DNA from: an uncultured Alphaproteobacteria bacterium
GTDB taxonomy: Bacteria > Pseudomonadota > Alphaproteobacteria > RF32 > CAG-239
Assembly: GCA_947588275.1 (NCBI GenBank)
Contig: CANPYJ010000002.1
Location: 2,216 to 66,215, forward strand
Length of the DNA stretch: 64,000 nt
Direction of reading: 5' to 3'
The notes beneath the pieces were generated by a model that saw only the letters and a program-made list of their open reading frames with translations, was not told where the DNA came from and did no database searches. Positions 27,648 to 35,889 of the stretch are shown in pieces. A program made the translations under genes and the position numbers. Numbering within the stretch: position 1 is the stretch's first letter; every line of letters begins with the position of its first letter.

Positions 27648-29883
27648 ACGTTGGCGTCTGTGGACATGCGGCGGATTGGCCGTATTGATGCCTTTGTGGG
27701 CGGCGGCAGACAGTATTGTCACTCCCGATACGCAGAAGGCCATCGAAGAAACGACCGGCCGTAAAAGACCGCGGATTTCGCCGCAAATCAATATGACCGA
27801 CGTTATGATGCCCAAACCGGCCGCCGAAGACGAAAACCCCGAGATTTATTTCAGCGCCGACGAATTGGAGAACAATCAGGAAACCGGCGTGGTGACCGCA
27901 CGCGGACACGTTGAGATTGTCCGCGACAATTTTACCGTCAAAGCCGACAAAATCATGTATAACCGGCCGGACGACACAATTGTTGCCGAAGGCAATGTCG
28001 TTTTGCTTGATGACACCGGCGACGTGGTTTTTGCCGATCAGGCGGAACTTACCGACCGCCTCAGTCAGGGGACTATGGAAAATATCAAAATTCTGATGGC
28101 CGACCGTACGCGGATTGCCGCACGTTCTTTCCGACGCGCAGAAAACAACAAGAAAATAATGACCAACGCGGTTTATTCCCCCTGCGATTCATGTCGGAAC
28201 AGCAGCCCTTTGTGGCAGATTAAGGCGCGCAAAGTTGAGCACAACGCCGAAAAGAAAGATGTCAACTACCAAAACGCCACACTTGAAATCAAGGGCGTGC
28301 CGGTGTTGTATACGCCGTTTATGTCTCACCCGGATCCGACAGTCAAACGCCGCTCGGGATTTTTGTTTCCGCGGCTTATCAGCAACCAATATCTGGGCGC
28401 CGGTATCCAGCCGCAGTATTTTTGGAACATTTCCGACCAAGAAGACGTTTTGTTTAATCCTATTATAACAAGCGACAAAGGCGTTATCGCCGGTGCCGCT
28501 TATAACAGATATTTTGTTCGCGGCGACGTCAATGCCTCCGGAACTTTTCTGCGCGATCCGGATTCAAAAGAAGACCGCGGCAATATTTTTGCTCGCGGAC
28601 GGTATGAAATAAATGATTTTTGGGTCGCCGACACCGATGTCAATTATGCTTCCGACAGCGCTTATCTGAAAGACTTGTCCCTGCCAAAAAAAGACGACAC
28701 TTGGCTGACTTCGCGCGCCCGCATGCAGGGGTTTGACAATCGCAACTATGCCGCTTTGGAAGCCTATTACTATAAGATTTTGAGCTATGATTTGCGTTAT
28801 GCCAACAGTCCCTATGTGCTGCCGACGTTTACTTATGAGAACATCAGCAATCTTTCCAAACTTGGCGTTTATAACAAAAACAGCTTTTCTGCCGCTTCGG
28901 TGTATCATAAGGACCAAGACAACAACTCGCAGCGCGCCACTTGGATAACCTCGTGGAATCTGCCTTATACCAGCCGCTTTGGCGAGAAATATAAGTTTGT
29001 GGCTTCTTTAAAGTCGGATTTGTACTATGTCGACAATTATTTTTATGAAGACAATCCGGTTTATGACGGAACGACGGCGCGTGTGTTTCCTCAGGCCGGC
29101 GTAGAATGGCGGTTGCCTTTTATTCGCGCCGGAGAAGAATCGCGCCAGATTATCGAGCCGATTGTGGTGGCCGCATTTGCGCCGAATCAGAGCAACAAAG
29201 CGGAAAAAATCCCCAATGAAGACAGTCAGGATATTGAACTGACCGATATCAATATCTTAAATCTTGACCGTTATTCCGGCTATGATCGCAACGATACCGG
29301 CAGCCGTATCAGCTATGGTCTGAACTGGAGTTCTTATGGCAACGCCTGGGGACGCACCTCCGCCCTGCTGGCTCAAAGTTATGAGTTCAGCGATGACGAA
29401 AGTTTTGCCCAGGCCGACGGACAGGAGGGGCATCTGACCGATTATGTCGGACGCGTCTATGCCTCGCCGAACGAATATTTTGATTTGAACTATCGTTTCA
29501 AATTAGATAAAGATGATTATAAAATTACATACAATGAATTATCCACCTCTTTCGGCGGCAATATCCTGCGGATGTATATATCCTACATCTATTTCCAGAG
29601 CAACGAAACGTCTTCGGTTGCCAATGCCGACCGTAAAGAGTTGTTTACGTCTTTGCAGACCAAGCTGACCAAAAACTGGTCTTTGGATCTGTACAATCGT
29701 CAGGATTTGGGAGAATATGAGGGGTCTTTGGAACAGGGGGCGCTGCTTTCTTATGAGGACGAGTGCACCAAAGTTGTCTTTAATGTCGAGAAAGACAATT
29801 CCAACGATCCCAATTATGAAGGAGATTTTACCATCGGTGCCACTTTCTATCTCAAAACTCTGGGCGGCATCGGTACAAAATAA
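27640..29883 (+). CDS. lptD: LPS-assembly outer-membrane protein LptD
   Basis: Signal peptide MCRRWRLWTCGGLAVLMPLWAAA, an OstA-like N-terminal domain (FSADELENNQETGVVTARGHVEI) and a large beta-barrel. It is followed by surA. Confidence 0.9.
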   Translation: MCRRWRLWTCGGLAVLMPLWAAADSIVTPDTQKAIEETTGRKRPRISPQINMTDVMMPKPAAEDENPEIYFSADELENNQETGVVTARGHVEIVRDNFTVKADKIMYNRPDDTIVAEGNVVLLDDTGDVVFADQAELTDRLSQGTMENIKILMADRTRIAARSFRRAENNKKIMTNAVYSPCDSCRNSSPLWQIKARKVEHNAEKKDVNYQNATLEIKGVPVLYTPFMSHPDPTVKRRSGFLFPRLISNQYLGAGIQPQYFWNISDQEDVLFNPIITSDKGVIAGAAYNRYFVRGDVNASGTFLRDPDSKEDRGNIFARGRYEINDFWVADTDVNYASDSAYLKDLSLPKKDDTWLTSRARMQGFDNRNYAALEAYYYKILSYDLRYANSPYVLPTFTYENISNLSKLGVYNKNSFSAASVYHKDQDNNSQRATWITSWNLPYTSRFGEKYKFVASLKSDLYYVDNYFYEDNPVYDGTTARVFPQAGVEWRLPFIRAGEESRQIIEPIVVAAFAPNQSNKAEKIPNEDSQDIELTDINILNLDRYSGYDRNDTGSRISYGLNWSSYGNAWGRTSALLAQSYEFSDDESFAQADGQEGHLTDYVGRVYASPNEYFDLNYRFKLDKDDYKITYNELSTSFGGNILRMYISYIYFQSNETSSVANADRKELFTSLQTKLTKNWSLDLYNRQDLGEYEGSLEQGALLSYEDECTKVVFNVEKDNSNDPNYEGDFTIGATFYLKTLGGIGTK

Positions 29884-29892
29884 CTGAAAGGA

Positions 29893-30813
29893 ATGACAAT
29901 GCGCAAATTTTTTCTGGCTTTTCTGATGACTTTGACGACTTTTGCCGCCGCGCAGGCGGCGCCGGTCAAAATCGCGGCCTTGGTCAACGGCGATGTAATT
30001 TCCAGCCAAGACATGCAAAACCGCATCAAGGCCTTTTTGATGACATCGCGGATTCCGTTTAATAAACAGACACGACTGATGATTACGCAGCGCGTGCTCA
30101 ACGGCGCGATTGACGAAAAACTCAAACTTCAGGCCGCGGCCAAAGACGGGATTAACATTACCGAAAAAGAAGTTGATGCGCAGGTCAAGGAGTTTGCCAA
30201 AAACAATCAAATATCCGCCGCTCAATTGCCTCAGATATTGGCGGATTCCGGTGTCAGCATGGCCACTTTGCGGGAACAGCTCAAGGCCGAATTGGCATGG
30301 GTGAGAGTCGTCCGTAAAAAATATTATGCCGAAAATAATCTGACGCAGAAAGAAATCAATGAGATGATGGACGAAGCGCAGACGGATTTGATTACGCCCA
30401 AATATCAGGTGTCGGAGATTTTTATTCGCAAGCGCAATGCTGCCGATATCAGTCAATTGGTCGATAATCTGCGGCAGGATCCGCGTTTTGAGCTTTATGC
30501 CATGCAGTTTTCCGAAAGCCCAAGCGCTTCAAACGGCGGCAATCTGGGTTGGGTCAACAGCGGCAAACTGGCTCCGGTTTTGGAACAAAAGCTGGAAAAA
30601 ATGGAACCCGATGAAATTTCCGATCCGATATTGGTCGGAGACGGCTATTACATCTTGAAGCTCAATCAGGTTTTTAATCCCAAAGAAGAAAAGCCGCAAC
30701 AGCCGAACGAACAAGAAATTCGCATGTTGCTGGAGAACCAGAAAATGGAAATGCTGTCCAAGAAACTTTTGCAGGATTTGCGCGAAAAAGCCATCATAGA
30801 ATATCGGAGCTGA
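29893..30813 (+). CDS. surA: periplasmic chaperone/peptidyl-prolyl isomerase SurA
   Basis: Signal peptide, SurA N-terminal domain and a single parvulin domain (NGGNLGWVNSGKL). Conserved position after lptD. Confidence 0.85.
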   Translation: MTMRKFFLAFLMTLTTFAAAQAAPVKIAALVNGDVISSQDMQNRIKAFLMTSRIPFNKQTRLMITQRVLNGAIDEKLKLQAAAKDGINITEKEVDAQVKEFAKNNQISAAQLPQILADSGVSMATLREQLKAELAWVRVVRKKYYAENNLTQKEINEMMDEAQTDLITPKYQVSEIFIRKRNAADISQLVDNLRQDPRFELYAMQFSESPSASNGGNLGWVNSGKLAPVLEQKLEKMEPDEISDPILVGDGYYILKLNQVFNPKEEKPQQPNEQEIRMLLENQKMEMLSKKLLQDLREKAIIEYRS

Positions 30814-30815
30814 CA

Positions 30816-31667
30816 ATGGCTGAAACGGCCGACAAAATAAATGCCCTGCCATCGTTGCGCACAATGGTGGAGGCGCATCGCCTGCTGGCAGACAAATCGC
30901 TCGGGCAGAATTTTTTGCTTGATCAGAACATCACCGACAAAATTATCCGTGATTCTTTGGCCGCACAGCAACTGCCCGATTTTCAGAATGCCGAAGTCTT
31001 TGAGGTCGGTCCCGGTCCGGGAGGACTTACGCGTGCGGTGCTCAAGGCGGATCCCCGTCGGCTTACGGTGATTGAAATGGACATGCGCTGTGTTGAAATC
31101 ATGAAGGAAATGCAAGCCAAAATCGGCGATGTTTTGCATATTGTCGCCGGCGATGCCCTAAAATTTGATTTTGGGCAAAACGCCGCAGCTCCCAAACATA
31201 TTGTATCCAATTTGCCGTATAACATTTCTGTGCCGCTGCTGACCGGCTGGCTGAAACAAATCCGAAATTTTAAGAGCTTGACCCTGATGTTTCAAAAAGA
31301 AGTCGCCGATCGTATTTTGGCGCCGACGCATTGCAAGGACTACGGACGCTTGTCAATTTTGGCACAGCTGCAATGCAAAATTATCCGTCTGTTTGATTTG
31401 CGTCCGGAATGTTTTGTGCCGGCGCCGAAAATTTGGTCAAGCGTGTTGTTGTTTCAACCGGCGGAAAAGCCGCTCTCTTTCGCGCAAACAGAAGCTTTGG
31501 AGAAACTGACGGCATTGGCTTTTTCCGGCCGCCGCAAGATGATTCGACAGACGCTTAAGTCACAGCCGCGCCTGATTGAGGCCTGCGCGGCAGCCGATGT
31601 TCCGCTGACGGCGCGTCCCGAGGAAATATCGCCTGGGCAATTTTTAACTCTTAGTCAAAATTTATAA
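30816..31667 (+). CDS. rsmA: 16S rRNA (adenine1518/1519-N6) dimethyltransferase
   Basis: LGQNFLLDQNI, VFEVGPGPGGLT and VSNLPYNIS. Confidence 0.95.
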   Translation: MAETADKINALPSLRTMVEAHRLLADKSLGQNFLLDQNITDKIIRDSLAAQQLPDFQNAEVFEVGPGPGGLTRAVLKADPRRLTVIEMDMRCVEIMKEMQAKIGDVLHIVAGDALKFDFGQNAAAPKHIVSNLPYNISVPLLTGWLKQIRNFKSLTLMFQKEVADRILAPTHCKDYGRLSILAQLQCKIIRLFDLRPECFVPAPKIWSSVLLFQPAEKPLSFAQTEALEKLTALAFSGRRKMIRQTLKSQPRLIEACAAADVPLTARPEEISPGQFLTLSQNL

Positions 31668-31759
31668 GAAAAATCTTGCAATTTTTTTAAAAATCTTTAT
31701 TCTTGTCAAATCAACTTTATTATTTAAAATTATTGTATCACTTTTTAAATTATTAAATT

Positions 31760-32323
31760 ATGGCTTATACAAAACCCGGAGAATTTGCCAATGCTCTTGT
31801 ATGCGCATTGCGCAAAACGGCTCCTTACCCTACGGTAACTTTGAGAGAAGTCTTGCAGACGCCTGCTTTTTTGTTGGCAGAAAAGAACGAAAGAATTTTT
31901 TATCTGACTTGGCAGAAAATCGAATTTAAATCGGATGCTCCAAGTCTGGAAAAAATCGACAAGCTGACAACTGTCAGCCGACTGGATCTTTATTATGCCG
32001 GCATATTGTCGTCACCCGACAGCCGTGAGATTAATCATGAGCGTTTGCGCGAGGCGATGGCGGCTTTTTATGCTCAGATAGTTCATAAAAATGTCGAAAC
32101 CATCGAACAGCAAAAAGTCAGAGATTGTTTTGATTCTTTCTTTGGTTGTGATTGGAGAATTCCGATTTTTTGGCTTCAAGACGAGATAGACAACTATTTT
32201 ATTTGCGGTAAACGACCCAGTTATCTCTTCAAGGGGCTTTATCTGGAATGGATAGGTCCAGATACTACGGTAAAAGAGTTGCTTGACTTCACCGTTTCGG
32301 AGGTGCAGAACACACTCAACTGA
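31760..32323 (+). CDS. hypothetical protein (orphan)
   Basis: 187 aa with no signal peptide, TM helix or recognisable motif. It is preceded by a 92-bp very AT-rich spacer and followed by its own terminator. Confidence 0.55.
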   Translation: MAYTKPGEFANALVCALRKTAPYPTVTLREVLQTPAFLLAEKNERIFYLTWQKIEFKSDAPSLEKIDKLTTVSRLDLYYAGILSSPDSREINHERLREAMAAFYAQIVHKNVETIEQQKVRDCFDSFFGCDWRIPIFWLQDEIDNYFICGKRPSYLFKGLYLEWIGPDTTVKELLDFTVSEVQNTLN

Positions 32324-32326
32324 AAT

Positions 32327-32352
32327 AAAGGAGCTTTCGGGCTCCTTTTTTT
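32327..32352 (+). terminator. rho-independent terminator
   Basis: AAAGGAGC-tttcgg-GCTCCTTTTTTT. Confidence 0.7.
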
Positions 32353-32415
32353 GTGCTTGCTTTCGCGCCGGTTTGATACTATGATGAGCCATATTTGAGG
32401 CAAAAGGAGAAGATT

Positions 32416-33288
32416 ATGCGCAAAGTTTTGGCTTTTGATGTCGGCGGTACCAAAATTGCTTATGCGGCTATTGCCGCAGACGGCAGTTTTGCCAATGAAA
32501 TTATCAAAGTCACAACGCCTCGGTCGGCCGCCGCCGTTTATGAGCTGTTGCATACGGTTATCAAGGGACAGGAACATGAAATCGACGGTGTCGCAATTGC
32601 TACGGCCGGGGCAATAGATAATGCCAACCTGCATATCATCAGCCGTGTGGGCAATCTTCCGGAAGGGTATGGAGAGCTTGATTTTCAATCGTTGACTCAT
32701 AAGCCGTTGTTGCTTGAAAATGATGCCAATGCCGCGGCTTGGGCAGAATTTTGTCTCGGCGCGGCCAAAGGCGCAAGCAATGCTGTCGTTTTAACGCTCG
32801 GCACCGGCGTCGGCGCGGGAATAATCGTCAATTCCCGATTGCTGAAAGGCAAGTCCGGTGCGGCCGGCGAAATGCATGTGCGCTTTAATAACGAACATCG
32901 GCGGCTTTGTACCTGCGGATTATGGGATTGTCTGGAAACTTATGTTTCGGGCAATGCCCTTACGGCCGACGCCAAAGATTTTATGGGTGCGGAAATGACC
33001 AGTTATGACGTTATCCGCGGATTAAAATCCAATGATCAAAAAGCTCGCGCCGCTTTTGACCATTGGCAAAATTGTCTTGAAAATGCTTTGGTGATGATGG
33101 GAAATCTGTTTGATCCGGAAGTTATCGTTTTGTCCGGTTCCATGGCGCAATTTGTGGAGTATGACAAAGTCGGGCGTCAGGCAAACCAAGATATTTTGAC
33201 CAGCCCGTTCGCCTTGCGGCCGGCCAAGTTTGAAAACAATGCCGGCATGCTTGGCGCCGCCTTGCTTTTATTGGAGAAAATCAAATGA
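32416..33288 (+). CDS. ROK-family sugar kinase (glucokinase-like)
   Basis: ATP motif LAFDVGGTKIAYA and ROK zinc motif CTCGLWDCLE. The probable start is MRKVLAF at 32416. Confidence 0.85.
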   Translation: MRKVLAFDVGGTKIAYAAIAADGSFANEIIKVTTPRSAAAVYELLHTVIKGQEHEIDGVAIATAGAIDNANLHIISRVGNLPEGYGELDFQSLTHKPLLLENDANAAAWAEFCLGAAKGASNAVVLTLGTGVGAGIIVNSRLLKGKSGAAGEMHVRFNNEHRRLCTCGLWDCLETYVSGNALTADAKDFMGAEMTSYDVIRGLKSNDQKARAAFDHWQNCLENALVMMGNLFDPEVIVLSGSMAQFVEYDKVGRQANQDILTSPFALRPAKFENNAGMLGAALLLLEKIK

Positions 33289-33659
33289 AATATTCGCTGC
33301 CTGTACATGAGTTTTCATTTAATAAAATCAAAACCGGACAACGCAAAGTCGGCGTCCATCTGCTGGACAAACAAGCTCAGCAGATTAAGATAAACGATGT
33401 TTTGGAACTCAAAAACGGCACTACCGGTGAGCTCTTGGAACGACAGGTCAGCGGCATCGCCGTGTTTGACAATTTCAGCGATTTGGTCGATGCGTTATCG
33501 CCGCAAAGCCTCGGTTACAACAGTAAGGAAGAGATTATGCTGCGTTTGCGGCGGATTTATTCGCCAAATGCTCAGCAAAGTCTTAATGCGGTCGGATTTT
33601 TTCTGAAACCGTTGCCGGAGAAAAACTCGGTTAAGACGCGCTCGCCTATCGAACGCTGA
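33285..33659 (+). CDS. ASCH-domain protein
   Basis: 124 aa with an ATGA overlap to the kinase gene. A PUA-like/ASCH-type N-terminus (FSFNKIKTGQRKVGVHLLD) is plausible. This is a weak family call. Confidence 0.5.
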   Translation: MKYSLPVHEFSFNKIKTGQRKVGVHLLDKQAQQIKINDVLELKNGTTGELLERQVSGIAVFDNFSDLVDALSPQSLGYNSKEEIMLRLRRIYSPNAQQSLNAVGFFLKPLPEKNSVKTRSPIER

Positions 33660-33676
33660 AAAACCAAAAAAATTGC

Positions 33677-33705
33677 TTGCAAAATAAAAAGAAACCTTTT
33701 ATTAA
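33677..33705 (+). promoter_or_regulatory. candidate promoter upstream of the repeat array and tRNA-Ser
   Basis: TTGCAA (33677-33682), 17 nt, TATTAA (33700-33705). Confidence 0.3.
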
Positions 33706-33756
33706 ATATGCCGATAAATGTACGAAAGCTGAATTATTATAAACATATGCAGTGCT

Positions 33757-34072
33757 GAATATATGCAGTGAATGGATGAGTGGCAGAGAGGCTGGAATCG
33801 CAGCGTAGCGGAGATTGGTGCAGGCGCTTTGAAAAAAGCGGCAAACCAATTAAGCGCGACAAAGCGGAGCTTTGAAAGCACGCATCCGGCAAATGTATGA
33901 AAGCGAATTATTTTGAATATATGCAGTGAATGGATGAGTGGCAGAGAGGCTGGAATCGCAGCGTAGCGGAGATTGGTGCAGGCGCTTTGAAAAAAGCGGC
34001 AAACCAATTAAGCGCGACAAAGCGGAGCTTTGAAAGCACGCATCCGGCAAATGTATGAAAGCGAATTATTTT
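33757..34072 (+). repeat. two identical 158-bp tandem units, each containing the tRNA-Ser leader plus its first 21 nt
   Basis: 33757-33914 and 33915-34072 match base for base by eye. A third start of the unit (34073-34110) continues into the intact tRNA. A diverged copy of the unit tail lies at 33711-33756. Confidence 0.9.
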
Positions 34073-34089
34073 GAATATATGCAGTGAAT

Positions 34090-34181
34090 GGATGAGTGGC
34101 AGAGAGGCTGAATGCGCGCGACTCGAAATCGTGTATACGGGGTGACTCGTATCGGGGGTTCAAATCCCTCCTCATCCGCCA
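34090..34181 (+). tRNA. tRNA-Ser (anticodon CGA), class II with a long variable arm, encoded CCA
   Basis: Acceptor GGATGAG/CTCATCC. Anticodon arm CGCGA-CTCGAAA-TCGTG. Variable arm ATACG..CGTAT. T arm GGGGG-TTCAAAT-CCCTC. Discriminator G followed by CCA. Confidence 0.92.
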
Positions 34182-34329
34182 TTTTAATTAAAAAGACGTT
34201 ATCATAAATTTCATTGAATTGCCGTTTCCGCTGAAAAAAAACATGAGAAAAGTCAGTGAAATATTAAAATCCGGTCATTAAACGGCAGTGTTTCCAAACT
34301 GATTTATTGAAGAACATAAATATTTTATG

Positions 34330-35889
34330 TTACTTGGCATATGAAGCCGGACAAAGTTTTGAACTGCTATTTTTTCTTAAAAAAGGAAACAGAGCTGCCA
34401 GAAGAAGCAGGAAGATGCAGAGCCCGAGAATCAAGCTGTTTCCGGTTTGGGCATATAGGGCAGGTATTGAGGATAACTTGGGCAGTTTCAGGTCAAGGAT
34501 GCCTTTTTGGTTGAGCGGAATTTGTCCGATGACAACGCCGGTCGGCGAAATGAGGGCCGAAATACCGGTGCCGGAAACGCGGGCTATGGCAAGGCCTTCT
34601 TCTACGGCACGTAGTCTGGTTGCGGCTAAATGTTGGTGAGGACCGGCCGAATCGCCATACCAGCCGTCATTGGTGATGTTGACCAGCCATTGCGGCCGGT
34701 TTTGCGAATCGACTATTTCGGCCGGAAAAATAATTTCATAACAAACCAATCCGCCAAAAGCCGGGAGACCGTCTACTGTAATGACTTTTGGCCCATCGCC
34801 GGCCTTAAAAGTTCCGACGGCATTGGCCACCGGTCGTATCCAGCGCGGCAGCCACTCGCGCAGAGGGACGTATTCGCCAAAAGGAACCAGATGCGATTTG
34901 TCGTAGCGGGCGGCAATTTGTCCATGGTCGTCAACGACAAACAAAGAGTTGGACGAATCATAACGGCCGTCTTCATATTCGTTATGTCCGATGCCGCCGG
35001 TAATCAGCCAGCCTTTGGGCGGCACGGCGTAACGCAGCATGTCTCGGTGGTAGTCGTCGAATTCCAGAGCATAGGGAAATGCGGTTTCGCTCCAAATAAC
35101 GACATTGGCTTTGTCTTGTTCGGGCAGCTGCGACATTTTGATATGAGCCGCCAGATTATCTTCCAGCATGGCCCGGTTCCATTTAAGCGTCTGCGGGATA
35201 GCCGGCTGTACCAGTCGAATAGTGATGTCCGACGGCGCATAGGGATAGTTTTGCAGACGCCAATATCCCCAACCTTCTGACAAGGCAAATATGAGAACGG
35301 GCAGGCCAAGGCCGACAGCCATATTCCAGGGGCGGCGGGCGCTAAACAAAAAAATCGGCGCGGCGGCAGCCAAAAGCAGCAGAAGCGACAGCAGATACGT
35401 GCCGCCCAATGATGCCGTCTGAATGAGAGAATCCGAAAAAGTCAAGACAGAGCCGAGCAGATTCCATGGAAATCCGGTCAGAACAAAACTGCGCAGCCAT
35501 TCAAAGATAACCCAGAGCGCGGCAAACGATAGATAGCGTGCGGGCAAGGTTTTGAAGCAGTGGCTGAGAGCTGCCGGAAAAGCGACAAACAGTCCGAAAA
35601 AAACGCCGGCAGCCAAAAAGGTTATCGGAACCAGCCAGCCGAACAGGCGGGCATCTAGAAGCAGAGCGTTGTTGACCCAAAGCAAGCCGAAGGCAAAATA
35701 GGCAAAACCGAAACTGTAGCCGCGACGAAAAGCCTGTCCAAATCCTTGGGCGCGGTCAATTAACCAAATCAGTATCGGAAAACTCAAAAAAAGCACCGGC
35801 CACACATAACACGGCGGCAAGGCGGTCACGGCCAGCCAGCCGGCCCCAAAAGCGGTTACAGAGGGGTGCTTTTGCAGTTTGTTAATCAT
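34330..35889 (-). CDS. lnt: apolipoprotein N-acyltransferase
   Basis: Polytopic N-terminus plus a CN-hydrolase domain with catalytic-Cys context GGLVCYEIIFP. Conserved position after corC. Confidence 0.9.
   Translation of the reverse strand: MINKLQKHPSVTAFGAGWLAVTALPPCYVWPVLFLSFPILIWLIDRAQGFGQAFRRGYSFGFAYFAFGLLWVNNALLLDARLFGWLVPITFLAAGVFFGLFVAFPAALSHCFKTLPARYLSFAALWVIFEWLRSFVLTGFPWNLLGSVLTFSDSLIQTASLGGTYLLSLLLLLAAAAPIFLFSARRPWNMAVGLGLPVLIFALSEGWGYWRLQNYPYAPSDITIRLVQPAIPQTLKWNRAMLEDNLAAHIKMSQLPEQDKANVVIWSETAFPYALEFDDYHRDMLRYAVPPKGWLITGGIGHNEYEDGRYDSSNSLFVVDDHGQIAARYDKSHLVPFGEYVPLREWLPRWIRPVANAVGTFKAGDGPKVITVDGLPAFGGLVCYEIIFPAEIVDSQNRPQWLVNITNDGWYGDSAGPHQHLAATRLRAVEEGLAIARVSGTGISALISPTGVVIGQIPLNQKGILDLKLPKLSSIPALYAQTGNSLILGLCIFLLLLAALFPFLRKNSSSKLCPASYAK

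Noticed and set aside
29539-30456. A 305-aa minus-strand ORF spanning the lptD/surA junction.
   Set aside because: It is antisense to two well-supported genes and crosses their intergenic gap. Its composition is typical of a shadow ORF.
33799-33810. A shared CGCAGCG(N2)GCG motif next to the tRNA junction in both repeat families (33799-33810, and the reverse complement of 62025-62036).
   Set aside because: A shared 7-mer between two ~120-nt sequences on either strand is about what chance predicts. I saw no further similarity between the modules, so I do not claim homology.
33646-34050. Three overlapping minus-strand ORFs sharing MVCRFFQSACTNLRYAAIPASLPLIHSLHIF, and the matching ORFs at 62019-62460 in the tRNA-Gly repeats.
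   Set aside because: They exist only because the repeat is duplicated. They overlap tRNA sequence, lack an RBS, and the 62197-62460 ORF reads straight through tRNA-Gly.
33757-34072. Whether the two tRNA-linked arrays (also 61969-62357) could be CRISPR arrays.
   Set aside because: The shared modules are 38-55 nt tRNA fragments. The intervening ~120-nt segments are identical to each other rather than unique spacers. There are only two units and no cas genes in the window.
34182-34329. Whether an integrase, prophage or genomic island lies next to the tRNAs (also 61862-61968).
   Set aside because: The flanks are short AT-rich spacers followed by lnt and a GT1 glycosyltransferase. There is no tyrosine or serine recombinase within the window apart from chromosomal XerD, which is 13 kb from the nearest tRNA.
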